A stretch of DNA of 64,000 nt, from positions 1,894-65,893 of the forward strand of contig CAYXTT010000001.1 in the NCBI GenBank assembly GCA_964468545.1, written 5' to 3'. The position numbers were made by a program, and so were the translations under genes. Shown one piece after another: positions 29,298 to 37,201 of the stretch (position 1 is the first letter of the stretch; the number at the start of each line of letters is the position of its first letter). The DNA is from Candidatus Woesearchaeota archaeon (GTDB taxonomy: Archaea; Nanobdellota; Nanobdellia; Pacearchaeales; GW2011-AR1). The notes beneath the pieces are model-generated. The model was not told the DNA's origin, searched no databases, and worked only from the letters and a program-made list of their open reading frames with translations.

Positions 29298-30944
29298 CTA
29301 CATCCTAAAAAACTTAGCCAACCTCGGGCCATTTTGCCTATGATAATGAGATCCCTTTTCAGAAGAACCATACAACTCCCTCGGAGAACTCTTCATAGGA
29401 TAAAACTTAAAGCTCGCAATTTTCTGTCCATCTCTCAATAAAAACGGCTGCCCAAAATTTCTAACCTCAAGAGTCGCCTGCGCATTCCAATTAGGATCAA
29501 AAAATCCCGCATAATGAACTCTCACCTCGCCCGAATCAGTTTCAATATCCATCATCTCGGAACAAAAATCCTTAGGAACACTAACAACCTCCTTGCTCGA
29601 CAAAATATAAAAAGAATTAGGCCCAACGATAATCTGCTTCTTATCTTCCCCAGACAAATATACCTTATCAAAATACTCCGAAAAAAGATGGTCCCTCCGC
29701 GAAAGATCAATAGGAGGAGTATTATGTTTCGCCACAAAACCAGGATTATTTTCATCCAAATCCAAACTCGCAGAAACAATATTATCATCGACAATAAAAG
29801 AATTTCCAGACAAACCATCCCCCGTCTTTGAATCAAACAAAATCCCCTGACTCCTATTAAGTTCATTCAATTCAGACGCATCAAGACAATCAATCCCAAA
29901 ATCAAAAAGTCTCATCTGATTAAGACAGTCCCCCTCATGAACAATGATATCAAAAGAACGCGGATAAACCTCTATCCAAAGATCCCCCTTGTAACCAAAA
30001 GGAATCTTATCAAAAGACCTACCCCCCTCGACAATCAACCTAACATGAACATCTATTCTACCAATAGAACTCTTGGGATTAATCCGTCCCCCTATCCCCT
30101 CGGGCAAATTAAGACTTTCTTGCAATTTAAAAACATAAATGCACCCCTTATGCAAAAACCCATTTTTACTCAAATCAATATCATAAGAACAATTACGCTC
30201 CAAAAAAGAATCAAAATTAGTTCCAGAAGGAACAGAGGAAAAGGGCAAACAAAAACCCCTACTCCCCAACCTCAAATCCAAAGAAGATGGCTGAATTTGA
30301 CTTTCATTTATCTTATTATTTGAACAAATCACCCTCCTATCAATTAAAGACCTTATCCCATCATCAGAATAAACACCCTTCCCTTCACCCCCCTCCCCAA
30401 CAATCCTTCTCAAAATCCTCTCGACCTTCCCATGTAAATCAGTAATCGTCCAATCATTTTTAAAAACATAATCTGCCATCTCCACACATCTTTTCAAATC
30501 CTGTTTATTCGAATCACCAGACATCATCTCTCTCTGCTCACTAGCCACAAACTCATCAAACGAAACACCATCGACCATCTCTCCCCTCTCGACAACCCGC
30601 GCATACCTCGTTTCAACATCAGCGTCAATCGCAAACAAAACAAAATTCCCTTTTTTCTTTAGCGCCTCAACCTCACTCGGACACCTAACACTCTCAATGA
30701 CACAATCCCCTCCTTCCTTCTCTGCCTTTTTATACAATTCCTCGACGATATACCCCACGCCAAACTTTTCTCTCAAATCATTAGCAACTAAAACCATATT
30801 CACTCTATTCAAACTCAACCCTCTCTTTAAAATCTCTTCACTCAAAAAATCTCTAACAGAACAATGTTTAAACCCCCTGCTCTTAAGATATTCAACAACC
30901 ACTCCTTTCCCCGCACCCAAAGTCCCAGTAACCCCAATAATCAT
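29298..30944 (-). CDS. Fusion protein: an N-terminal P-loop nucleotide/nucleoside-monophosphate kinase domain joined to a C-terminal duplicated dCTP-deaminase-family domain.
   Basis: P-loop GVTGTLGAGKG, about 190 aa. Then SQIQPSSLDLRLG, GRINPKSSIGRIDVHV, VHYAGFFDPNWNAQATLEV, and a C-terminal GSHYHRQNGPRLAKFF tail shared with 27172-28968. Confidence 0.65.
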   Translation of the reverse strand: MIIGVTGTLGAGKGVVVEYLKSRGFKHCSVRDFLSEEILKRGLSLNRVNMVLVANDLREKFGVGYIVEELYKKAEKEGGDCVIESVRCPSEVEALKKKGNFVLFAIDADVETRYARVVERGEMVDGVSFDEFVASEQREMMSGDSNKQDLKRCVEMADYVFKNDWTITDLHGKVERILRRIVGEGGEGKGVYSDDGIRSLIDRRVICSNNKINESQIQPSSLDLRLGSRGFCLPFSSVPSGTNFDSFLERNCSYDIDLSKNGFLHKGCIYVFKLQESLNLPEGIGGRINPKSSIGRIDVHVRLIVEGGRSFDKIPFGYKGDLWIEVYPRSFDIIVHEGDCLNQMRLFDFGIDCLDASELNELNRSQGILFDSKTGDGLSGNSFIVDDNIVSASLDLDENNPGFVAKHNTPPIDLSRRDHLFSEYFDKVYLSGEDKKQIIVGPNSFYILSSKEVVSVPKDFCSEMMDIETDSGEVRVHYAGFFDPNWNAQATLEVRNFGQPFLLRDGQKIASFKFYPMKSSPRELYGSSEKGSHYHRQNGPRLAKFFRM

Positions 30945-31061
30945 AAAAAGAAATCCGCCCCCAACCTTATAAAAACTATTATACTAAACTATACAAAACC
31001 CAACTAAGCCTAAACCCACAAACACAGACAAACCACACAACATTACCCAGCCCCCATAAAC

Positions 31062-31709
31062 CTAACACCTAACACCCGTCGAACCCCACGCCCCATCTCC
31101 TCTCGTCGTCTCGCTCAACTCCTCAACAACCTCGACCTCAACCGTCGCAACCGGAGCAATAACAATCTGCGCAACTTTATCCCCCGCATTAATCTCAAAA
31201 TCCTCGTCGCCAGTATTCAAAACCACAACGCCATACTCTCCTCTATAACTACACTCAACAACCCCACCCAAAATACAAATTCCCTTCTTCAACGCCAACC
31301 CACTCTTCCCTCGAATATTCGCCCAATAACCTTCCGGCAACTCCATCGCAATCCCCGTCGACACCAAAACTCTTTTCCCCGCACCGACAACATAATCCTC
31401 AGTCGAAAACAAATCCATCGCCGCATCACCCTCGTGCGCATACCTCGGCACAACCGCATTCCCCTTCAACTTCTTAACTTTAATTTTAACCCCACTCTTT
31501 CCAATTAACTCAAACCTCTTAACTCTCCGACCATCTTCAAAAATTTTATATCCCTCAAATTCCTCCAAATCTCTAACCCAAACCTGCCCATCCCCATAAA
31601 GCGCCCGATAAACAACAACATATCTCAAACTATCACAATCTTTCGCCAACGCAACAATTTCATATTTACCTCCTTTAAAATGCCTATATCTCTCTCCTAC
31701 TTCAACCAT
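31062..31709 (-). CDS. dut: dUTP diphosphatase with an N-terminal DUF1653-like domain.
   Basis: N-terminal YRHFKGGKYEI...VVYRALYGDGQVWVRDLEEF (DUF1653 pattern). dUTPase motifs AAMDLFS, RGKSGLALK, GGVVECSYRGE and RGDGAWGSTG. Confidence 0.8.
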   Translation of the reverse strand: MVEVGERYRHFKGGKYEIVALAKDCDSLRYVVVYRALYGDGQVWVRDLEEFEGYKIFEDGRRVKRFELIGKSGVKIKVKKLKGNAVVPRYAHEGDAAMDLFSTEDYVVGAGKRVLVSTGIAMELPEGYWANIRGKSGLALKKGICILGGVVECSYRGEYGVVVLNTGDEDFEINAGDKVAQIVIAPVATVEVEVVEELSETTRGDGAWGSTGVRC

Positions 31710-31786
31710 CCCAATTAATTAAAAACCATCTTTATAAAAATTATTATACTCAAAACAAATTCGCGTCAATCCTGTGGCTCAATTTT

Positions 31787-32578
31787 TCAAACCCTAACCC
31801 CAACTTCCTCAAAATAATCCGCTATACTCTTTCTCAACTCCTTCAAAAATTCCTCACTCACATCTTTCTCGTCGACAAAAGAAGAATCAACAAACTTACC
31901 CTTATTCTTAAACCCCTGCAAAAAAAACCTCCTCGGCTTTCCCCTACAAACCTCATTTATCCACCTCGCCATCTCAACGACACTCTCCTTTGAATGCAAC
32001 CGCCCAACAACCGTCGTTCTAAACTCATAACCCCTGCTAAAATCCGTGTTAGTCCGTGTTAGTCCGTGTGCTAAATTTAATTCCTTATCAAGTTGTCCAA
32101 AATCATAAATCATCTTCATCGACCTTTCCACCGACGACAAATCAACGCTAACGCCAACAATTTTGGAATAATCCTCACGACAACCCTTAACATCCATCGC
32201 AACATAATCCACCAATCCTTCGTCAATCAACTCTTTAAGCCGAGAAGGAAACGACCCATTCGTATCAATCTTCACCTTAAACCCCATCTCTTTTACCCGA
32301 CGAACAAAATCAAAATCCAAACTCATCAACGGCTCACCCCCACTAATACAAACCCCATCCAACTTTCCAACTCGACTCTTTAAAAAATTCAAAACCTCTT
32401 TTTCTGCGAATTGCGAATTGCTAATTGCTAATTGCGCATCAACGGAGTTGACGAGTTCCGGATTATGACAAAACCCACAACGAAAATTACACCCGCACAA
32501 AAAAACAACACAACAAATTTCCTCCGGATAATCAATCGTCGAAACCTTTTGCAACCCAGCAATTTTCATTCTCCACAT
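31787..32578 (-). CDS. nrdG: Anaerobic ribonucleotide reductase activating protein (radical SAM). It carries two in-frame repeat insertions.
   Basis: CGCNFRCGFCHNPE radical-SAM cluster motif. The heptamer repeat encodes AQLAISNSQFA and the decamer repeat encodes GLTRTNTDF. Confidence 0.8.
   Translation of the reverse strand: MWRMKIAGLQKVSTIDYPEEICCVVFLCGCNFRCGFCHNPELVNSVDAQLAISNSQFAEKEVLNFLKSRVGKLDGVCISGGEPLMSLDFDFVRRVKEMGFKVKIDTNGSFPSRLKELIDEGLVDYVAMDVKGCREDYSKIVGVSVDLSSVERSMKMIYDFGQLDKELNLAHGLTRTNTDFSRGYEFRTTVVGRLHSKESVVEMARWINEVCRGKPRRFFLQGFKNKGKFVDSSFVDEKDVSEEFLKELRKSIADYFEEVGVRV
32041..32072 (+). repeat. (TCCGTGTTAG)x3 decamer block (AATCCGTGTTAGTCCGTGTTAGTCCGTGTGCTA), in-frame inside nrdG.
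   Basis: It is identical in type to the heads of elements A, B and D. An AAGTTGTCC segment follows, as in element B. Confidence 0.8.
32406..32451 (+). repeat. (GCGAATT)x2(GCTAATT)x2 heptamer block plus a short hairpin TCAAC-gga-GTTGA, in-frame inside nrdG.
   Basis: Seen in the sequence. Confidence 0.75.
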
Positions 32579-32680
32579 TCACAAGCAAACATCATTCTAT
32601 CCTTGAACTCCGCAAACTTCCCCTCGTTCCATTGCGCAGTCGGTCGCAAATACCCGACAACTCGACTCCACACTTCACAT

Positions 32681-34897
32681 TTAGTCCTCTCCATCTTCTC
32701 CTCCGAAATTTAATTTAAGTTTCATCGGAACCAAAACTTCATGCCCAATTTTTGACCCCGAAACAATACCATCCTCCTCGATAAAAATCGACGACCCAAC
32801 GCTCTCATCAATAATAATCTCCTCCGCCATTTCCTTCTTGCTGCTCTCAACCTCAATCGCAACAACCTCCCGTTCAGCGTCGCACTTCGGACAATACTCA
32901 TGCTCACCCGCAAGATAACCATGAATCGGACAAATCGAAAATGTCGGCGTAATCGTAAAATATGGCAAATGATAATTATTAGAAATCTTCCTCACCATAT
33001 TCTTAACCGCGTCCTTCGTCATCCTCTCACCAACAAAAGTATGAAACACTGTCCCGCCGGTATACTTACATTGAAATTCATCCTGCAAATCCAACGCCTC
33101 AAAAACATCGTCGGTAAAATTCACCGGCAAATGCGACGAATTCGTGTAATACGGCTTAGCCCCTTTCTGAACCGCCACCTCGTTTGCAACAATAATCCTC
33201 CCAAATCTTTTCTTATCCATCCTCGCAAAACGATAAGTCGCACCCTCACCCGGCGTCGCTTCCAAATTATAAATATTCCCCGTCTCCTCCTGGAACTCCG
33301 CCAACTTATCCCTCATAAAATCCAAAATCTTCAAAGCAAATTCCCGCCCTCTCTCTGTCGCAATGCTTTCCCCCGGCATAAAATTCAAAATCGCCTCATT
33401 CATCCCAAGCAACCCAATCGTCGCAAAATGATTTTTCCAATACTGCCCAAATCTCTGGTATACCTGCCTCAAATAAAACTTACTATAAGGATACAACCCC
33501 ACCTTCGTGAAATTCTCAATCGCCTTCCTCTTAATTTCAAGACTCTCTTTCGTTAACTCCATCAATCTATCCAGTCGCCCGATAAAATCCTCCTCGCTCG
33601 TCGACACATATCCCAACCTCGCCATATTAATCGTTACAACTCCAATCGAACCAGTCTGTGGATTCGACCCAAACAAACCGCCACCACGTTTTTTCAAAGT
33701 AGTATTATCAATTCTCAACCGGCAACACATCGACCTCGCGTCCTCCGGCTTCATATCAGAATTAACAAAATTCGAAAAATACGGTATACCATACTTCGCC
33801 GTCATCTCCCAAATCAAATCATACTCCGGATTATCCCAGTCAAAATCTTTCGTAATATTATAAGTCGGAATCGGGAAAGTAAAAACTTGTCCCGACGCAT
33901 CACCATCCATCATACACTCCGCAAACGCCCGATTCAACATATCCATCTCTGGCTTAAATTCCTTGTATGTCTCAATCTGCGGCTGACCACCAATAATCAC
34001 ATGTTCGTCCATCATATAATCTGGCACTTTCAAATCCATTGTAATATTTGTAAAAGGGGTTTGAAATCCTGTTCTCGTCGGCACCGCCATATTATAACAA
34101 AAACTCTGAATCGCTTTTTTTACTTGCTTGTAATCCAGATTCTCATATCTAATAAATGGAGCCAATAATGTATCAAAATTCGAAAACGCCTGCGCCCCCG
34201 CACTCTCTCCCTGCAAAGTATAAAAAAAATTCACTACCTGCCCCAATGCCGCATTAAAATGTTTTGGTGGCCTACACTCAACTTTCCCTTTCACGCCCCT
34301 AAATCCAACCATCAACAAATCTTTCAAATCCCACCCAACACAATATGCCCCAAGACAATCTAAATCATGAACATGAATATCTCCGGCCTCATGTGCTTTC
34401 CTAATCGCCTCTGGATAAATCCGCCTCATCCAATAATTAGAAATAATCTTCCTCTTAATATACTCATTCAACCCCTGCAAACTATAACCCATATTTGAAT
34501 TCTCCTTTACCATCCAATCGTCTAACCCAATATAATCCTCGACCGCCTCAATTGTATCAAACAATCCCTTAACCTTCCTCAACTCATCATGACTCTGCCT
34601 ATAAAGAATATACGCCTTCGCAACCTTCGCGTGCCCCTCTTCAATCAAAATCTTCTCAACCAAATCCTGAACTTCCTCGACCTCTGGAATCCCAAACTCT
34701 CCGTGAATCTCATTAAGTTTCTCGATGACCATATCTGCCAACCACACTGGTCTCTCTCTATCTTCTCCTCCAACCGCCCGCGCCGCTTTCCAAATCGCCT
34801 CCGCAATCTTCTCTTTCTGAAAAAACACAACACTCCCATCTCTCTTCCTAATTTTCTTTACCATCTTCCACCTCGCCATATTTTTTATCTTCTTCAA
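32681..34897 (-). CDS. nrdD: Anaerobic ribonucleoside-triphosphate reductase, class III. The real start is probably MVKKIRKRDG at about 34864.
   Basis: The N-terminal ATP-cone VKKIRKRDGSVVFFQKEKI and NrdD core motifs (RTGFQTPFTNITMDL). The C-terminus has a CPIHGY...CPKC Zn ribbon and Gly-radical region, then an acidic tail. Confidence 0.9.
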   Translation of the reverse strand: MKKIKNMARWKMVKKIRKRDGSVVFFQKEKIAEAIWKAARAVGGEDRERPVWLADMVIEKLNEIHGEFGIPEVEEVQDLVEKILIEEGHAKVAKAYILYRQSHDELRKVKGLFDTIEAVEDYIGLDDWMVKENSNMGYSLQGLNEYIKRKIISNYWMRRIYPEAIRKAHEAGDIHVHDLDCLGAYCVGWDLKDLLMVGFRGVKGKVECRPPKHFNAALGQVVNFFYTLQGESAGAQAFSNFDTLLAPFIRYENLDYKQVKKAIQSFCYNMAVPTRTGFQTPFTNITMDLKVPDYMMDEHVIIGGQPQIETYKEFKPEMDMLNRAFAECMMDGDASGQVFTFPIPTYNITKDFDWDNPEYDLIWEMTAKYGIPYFSNFVNSDMKPEDARSMCCRLRIDNTTLKKRGGGLFGSNPQTGSIGVVTINMARLGYVSTSEEDFIGRLDRLMELTKESLEIKRKAIENFTKVGLYPYSKFYLRQVYQRFGQYWKNHFATIGLLGMNEAILNFMPGESIATERGREFALKILDFMRDKLAEFQEETGNIYNLEATPGEGATYRFARMDKKRFGRIIVANEVAVQKGAKPYYTNSSHLPVNFTDDVFEALDLQDEFQCKYTGGTVFHTFVGERMTKDAVKNMVRKISNNYHLPYFTITPTFSICPIHGYLAGEHEYCPKCDAEREVVAIEVESSKKEMAEEIIIDESVGSSIFIEEDGIVSGSKIGHEVLVPMKLKLNFGGEDGED

Positions 34898-35240
34898 ACC
34901 CGCTCCACTTAATCATAGTTCCCCCTCGCTGAGCATCAACAAAATTAAACCCATTCGGATATCTCTCCTTCAACTTGTCAATATTCCCCCGCAAACAATC
35001 CTCTAACTTCCACCCAAAAAAATTACAAATCATAGCCGCATACCACATCATGTCCCCAATATTTTCTTTAATCCCGTCCTTCACCGCTTCATTTTTATGC
35101 GCAAAGGTTTTCTTAATACAACTCGCGATATCACCTGCCTCACCTGCAATCCCGAGCCCCCATGTCGCAATCTCCAACTCTGGCTCATTAAATTTCTTCG
35201 ACGTTCTCTTACAAGCCTCCTGATATTCATTCAATTCCAT
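34848..35240 (-). CDS. MazG-like nucleoside triphosphate pyrophosphohydrolase domain protein.
   Basis: 130 aa, EACKRTS...GLGIAGEAGDIASCIKK (MazG/HisE-like helical NTP-PPase pattern). It sits between nrdR and nrdD. Confidence 0.55.
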   Translation of the reverse strand: MELNEYQEACKRTSKKFNEPELEIATWGLGIAGEAGDIASCIKKTFAHKNEAVKDGIKENIGDMMWYAAMICNFFGWKLEDCLRGNIDKLKERYPNGFNFVDAQRGGTMIKWSGFEEDKKYGEVEDGKEN

Positions 35241-35277
35241 TTTATTTTTCCCTATCCCAAACCGCCAAGTCCCGATA

Positions 35278-35305
35278 CACCGCCAACCCGAAGAAACTCA
35301 AACTC
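35278..35305 (-). terminator. Hairpin GAAACTCAA-actcat-TTGAGTTTC immediately downstream of the nrdR stop.
   Basis: A 9-bp inverted repeat. An adjacent 18-nt direct repeat (AGTCCCGATACACCGCC) is also found inside the nrdR 3' end. Confidence 0.4.
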
Positions 35306-35744
35306 ATTTGAGTTTCTTTATCTCCTCCTTAAAATCATCAATATCCCCAAAGTCCCGATACACCGCCGCAAACCGAATATACGCAACCTTGTCAATCTTC
35401 TTCAGCTTATTCATAACCATCTCGCCAATCTGCGAACTTTTGATATCCTTCCCCTTCGCAACCCGATAAACATTCGCCTCAATATCATCAACGACCCCAT
35501 CTATCTCCTCACTCGTAAACGGCCGCTTCTGCAAATTCTTGTCAACCCCAACAAACAACTTCTCCCGCAAAAACTTTTCCCGACGCCCATCCTTCTTAAT
35601 AACATTCAAATCCAACTCGACTCGCTCATACGTCGTAAACCGCTTCCCACATTTCAAACACTCCCTTCTCCGACGAGTCACAGAATCACAATCACGCTTA
35701 TCCGTCACCTTCGTCTCAACAGCAGTACAATATGGACACCTCAT
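35304..35744 (-). CDS. nrdR: NrdR transcriptional repressor (Zn ribbon plus ATP-cone).
   Basis: MRCPYCTAVETKVTDKR...CLKCGKRFTTYE and the ATP-cone VIKKDGRREKF. Confidence 0.85.
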   Translation of the reverse strand: MRCPYCTAVETKVTDKRDCDSVTRRRRECLKCGKRFTTYERVELDLNVIKKDGRREKFLREKLFVGVDKNLQKRPFTSEEIDGVVDDIEANVYRVAKGKDIKSSQIGEMVMNKLKKIDKVAYIRFAAVYRDFGDIDDFKEEIKKLK

Positions 35745-35756
35745 TTAATAGTTAAT

Positions 35757-35879
35757 ACAAGATATTGTATCTCGCACCCCTCTTTGCCACAATTACTTGT
35801 GGTCGTAAGCAATCACTAACCAAATGACTATTTAAAGATTGTTGTAGCCCACCATACATTTTCGTTCACTATAGTTAAC
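35757..35879. promoter_or_regulatory. Two NrdR-box-like palindromes in the nrdR-glyA spacer. They are TACAAGATATTGTA at 35757-35770 and GTTCACTATAGTTAAC at 35864-35879.
   Basis: Imperfect palindromes resembling the NrdR-box consensus acaCwAtATaTwGtgt. The first lies 10-30 nt upstream of the nrdR ATG. Confidence 0.35.
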
Positions 35880-35959
35880 AATACAAACCGACAGTTACGT
35901 TTTTCTAATGATTACGCAAATTTAAATACTCAAAAAAATCATCGACGAAACAAATCTTC

Positions 35960-37201
35960 TCAATAAACCCCAAACTTCCCACAAATATCCCGAACCTCTC
36001 CCTTAACTCTAACGCGAACAGCCTCATCAAAAATATTTTCAATAACGTCCGCAATCCAATTCCCAACAACAACCATTTCATCCTCCTTCATCCCCATCGT
36101 CGTCAAAATCGGAGTCCCAAGTCGAATTCCGGAAGGATTAAACGGGGTCGACGGATCAAACGGAATCGTATTCGCATTAACAACAATCCCCGCATCCTCC
36201 AACGCAACCGCAACTTCCTTCCCTTTCCCCGCCTCACCGACGACAACCGTCTTAATCAAATCAATCAAAATCAAATGATTATCACTCCCGCCACTAACCA
36301 AATTAATTCCTCTCTTCTTCAATGTCTCTGCCAAAACCTTACAATTCTTAACAATCTGCAAAGAATACTCCTTAAACCCCGACGTCAACGCCTCCCCAAA
36401 ACAAACCGCCTTCGCCGCAATCGTATGTTCATGAGGTCCACCCTGCAACCCCGGAAAAACCGCCTTATCAACAGCTTTACCAAACTCATCCTTACACATT
36501 ATAATAGCACCCCGCGGTCCCCTCAAAGTTTTATGCGTTGTCGTCGTCACAAAATCAAAATCAGGAAATGGAGAACAATGGATTCCTGAAGCAACCATCC
36601 CCGCAATATGAGAAATGTCAGCCAAACAATATGCCCCGACCTCCCGAGCAATCGAAACAAACCCCCGAAAATCAATCTCCCGTGGATAAGCCGTCGCCCC
36701 ACAAACAATCATCTTCGGCCTCTCCGCCAAAGCAATCTCGCGAACCCTCGCCATATCAATAAAACCATTTTCACCGACGCCATAAGAAACAAACTCATAA
36801 TCCTTCCCAGAAAAATTAACAGGCGACCCATGCGTCAAATGCCCACCATGACTCAAATCCATTCCCAAAATCTTATCGCCCTTTTCCAAAACCGCCGCAT
36901 AAACCGCCATGTTAGCCGGACTCCCAGAATTCGGCTGCACATTCACATGCCCCGCCCCAAACAATTTCTTCGCCCGCTCAATCGCCAAATTCTCAATCTT
37001 GTCAACAAACTCATTCCCCTGATAATACCGCTTCCCAGGATAACCTTCCGCATACTTGTTATTCAAAACCGAACCACACGCCGCCAAAACATCCTTCGAA
37101 CAAAAATTCTCCGACGGTATCATATTCAAAGTCGTCTTCTGCCTGCCCAACTCACCGACGACAATATCATTCACCTCTTTATCCGAAATCCAAAAAGTCA
37201 T
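35960..37201 (-). CDS. glyA: Serine hydroxymethyltransferase.
   Basis: The PLP-binding region TTTTHKTLRGPRG and the SHMT length and pattern. Confidence 0.9.
   Translation of the reverse strand: MTFWISDKEVNDIVVGELGRQKTTLNMIPSENFCSKDVLAACGSVLNNKYAEGYPGKRYYQGNEFVDKIENLAIERAKKLFGAGHVNVQPNSGSPANMAVYAAVLEKGDKILGMDLSHGGHLTHGSPVNFSGKDYEFVSYGVGENGFIDMARVREIALAERPKMIVCGATAYPREIDFRGFVSIAREVGAYCLADISHIAGMVASGIHCSPFPDFDFVTTTTHKTLRGPRGAIIMCKDEFGKAVDKAVFPGLQGGPHEHTIAAKAVCFGEALTSGFKEYSLQIVKNCKVLAETLKKRGINLVSGGSDNHLILIDLIKTVVVGEAGKGKEVAVALEDAGIVVNANTIPFDPSTPFNPSGIRLGTPILTTMGMKEDEMVVVGNWIADVIENIFDEAVRVRVKGEVRDICGKFGVY

Noticed and set aside
29123-29371. 82-aa - strand ORF.
   Set aside because: It overlaps tRNA-Lys and the partial tRNA repeat, so it is spurious.
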